Below, piece by piece: positions 62,986-64,000 of a stretch of DNA of 64,000 nucleotides. The notes below the pieces were generated by a model. That model had not been told where the DNA came from and made no database searches. It saw nothing but the letters and a program-made list of their open reading frames with translations. The stretch spans positions 682,001 to 746,000 of the forward strand of contig NW_025766836.1 in the NCBI RefSeq assembly GCF_003918875.1. Reading direction: 5' to 3'. The position numbers were made by a program, and so were the translations under genes. This DNA is from Haliotis rubra. Its lineage: Eukaryota. The number at the start of each line of letters is the position of its first letter. The stretch's first letter is position 1.

Positions 62986-64000
62986 CGGATGATATGCAAG
63001 TGAATTCACATGGATTGAGTTAACTCCAAGGATCGATGTGACAGCCTCAGTTACCCACGGGAGGTTCGCATTGGCGTATTATCCAGCACATCCATTAGTA
63101 TCGACAACACGATGTTTCAAGCACCTGTTACGGCAATACAGTGAATTGTTGAATGGGTGAATGTAATATGCATGATCCATGCATCTCTGGATCAATTTAT
63201 ATACGGGACGGTTGAGTTGCCTAGATGTAACAGGGTGCGTGTCACGCCGATAACCTTGGAGTCCTATTATTGGGTGCATTATGTAACCTGTGTCTGGTGT
63301 GCTCTAATGTATTATTGCCGGATGTTGCTTGAAGCGACTTAACACCATATCAACATGGATCTACACTGTTCACTGAGACTCTCGTTCCTTGAGAATGAGT
63401 ACGGTGGTGTAGCCTCACACAAATTCCCAATTTTGAAAGAAAAGAAAATGTGGAGGTTACACAATTAGTTTGAAATCAGAGAATAATTGATGTATAGGAG
63501 GGTTAGTGGGGTAGCCTAGTTTATAAAGCATTTGTCGTCGCAACGAACACCCAGGTTCTATATTCCCACATGGGTACAACGTGTGAAGCCCATTTCTGGT
63601 GTTCCTCCGCCGTGAATGTGCTGGAATATTGCTAAAAGCGGCGTAAAACTACTCTCACTCACTCACTCCTTGAGAATAACGTAGGCTTACAATAGTATAA
63701 GCATCGCATATTTCATACCGATTTTCCAGGCGCCAATATTTCCAACAGATTTTGCCCAGGGTGCCGTTGCAAATTACGATCGAAGCGCTAAGATGATCGT
63801 AACTCAGACAGAACAAGACAGACTTACGAATGCGTGAGTGAGTTTAGTTTTACGCTGCTATTAGCAATATTCCAGTGATATCACGGCGTGGGACACCAGA
63901 AATGGGCTTCACACATTGTACCCATGTGGGGAATCGAACCCGGTCTTCGGCGTGACGAGCGAACGTTTAACCACTAGGCTAAACCACCGCGCGCACACTG

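Noticed and set aside
59910-63023. 997, 632, 362-aa and other Pro-rich ORFs
   Set aside because: They are a by-product of a stop-free 47-bp satellite. The same peptide appears in all three frames and indels switch frame freely.

Overview
Eukaryotic (animal) genomic DNA: AT-rich, intron-containing and dense in SINEs and MITEs, with one 259-N gap. The repeat families and an intronless nAChR-like gene suggest a gastropod mollusc such as abalone (inference). Genes were assembled by hand from splice sites. They are: the 5' end of NSRP1 (-), head-to-head with a candidate 87-aa single-pass membrane protein (+); a decayed spliced Harbinger/HARBI1-type transposase; an intronless non-alpha nAChR-like Cys-loop subunit with a degenerate ACh site; a 4-exon secreted 145-aa protein of two furin-like repeats with R-spondin-like cysteine spacing but no TSP1 domain; and the block TRIAP1(-)/GATC(+)/SRSF1-9(-)/DYNLL(+), which matches the gene order and orientation of human 12q24.31. 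The SRSF 3' region has candidate non-coding exons packed with GGA motifs, a possible autoregulatory splicing/NMD module. A second promoter resembling the DYNLL promoter precedes a 3.4-kb 47-bp satellite, which generates spurious long ORFs. All homology calls come from motif recognition, not database searches.
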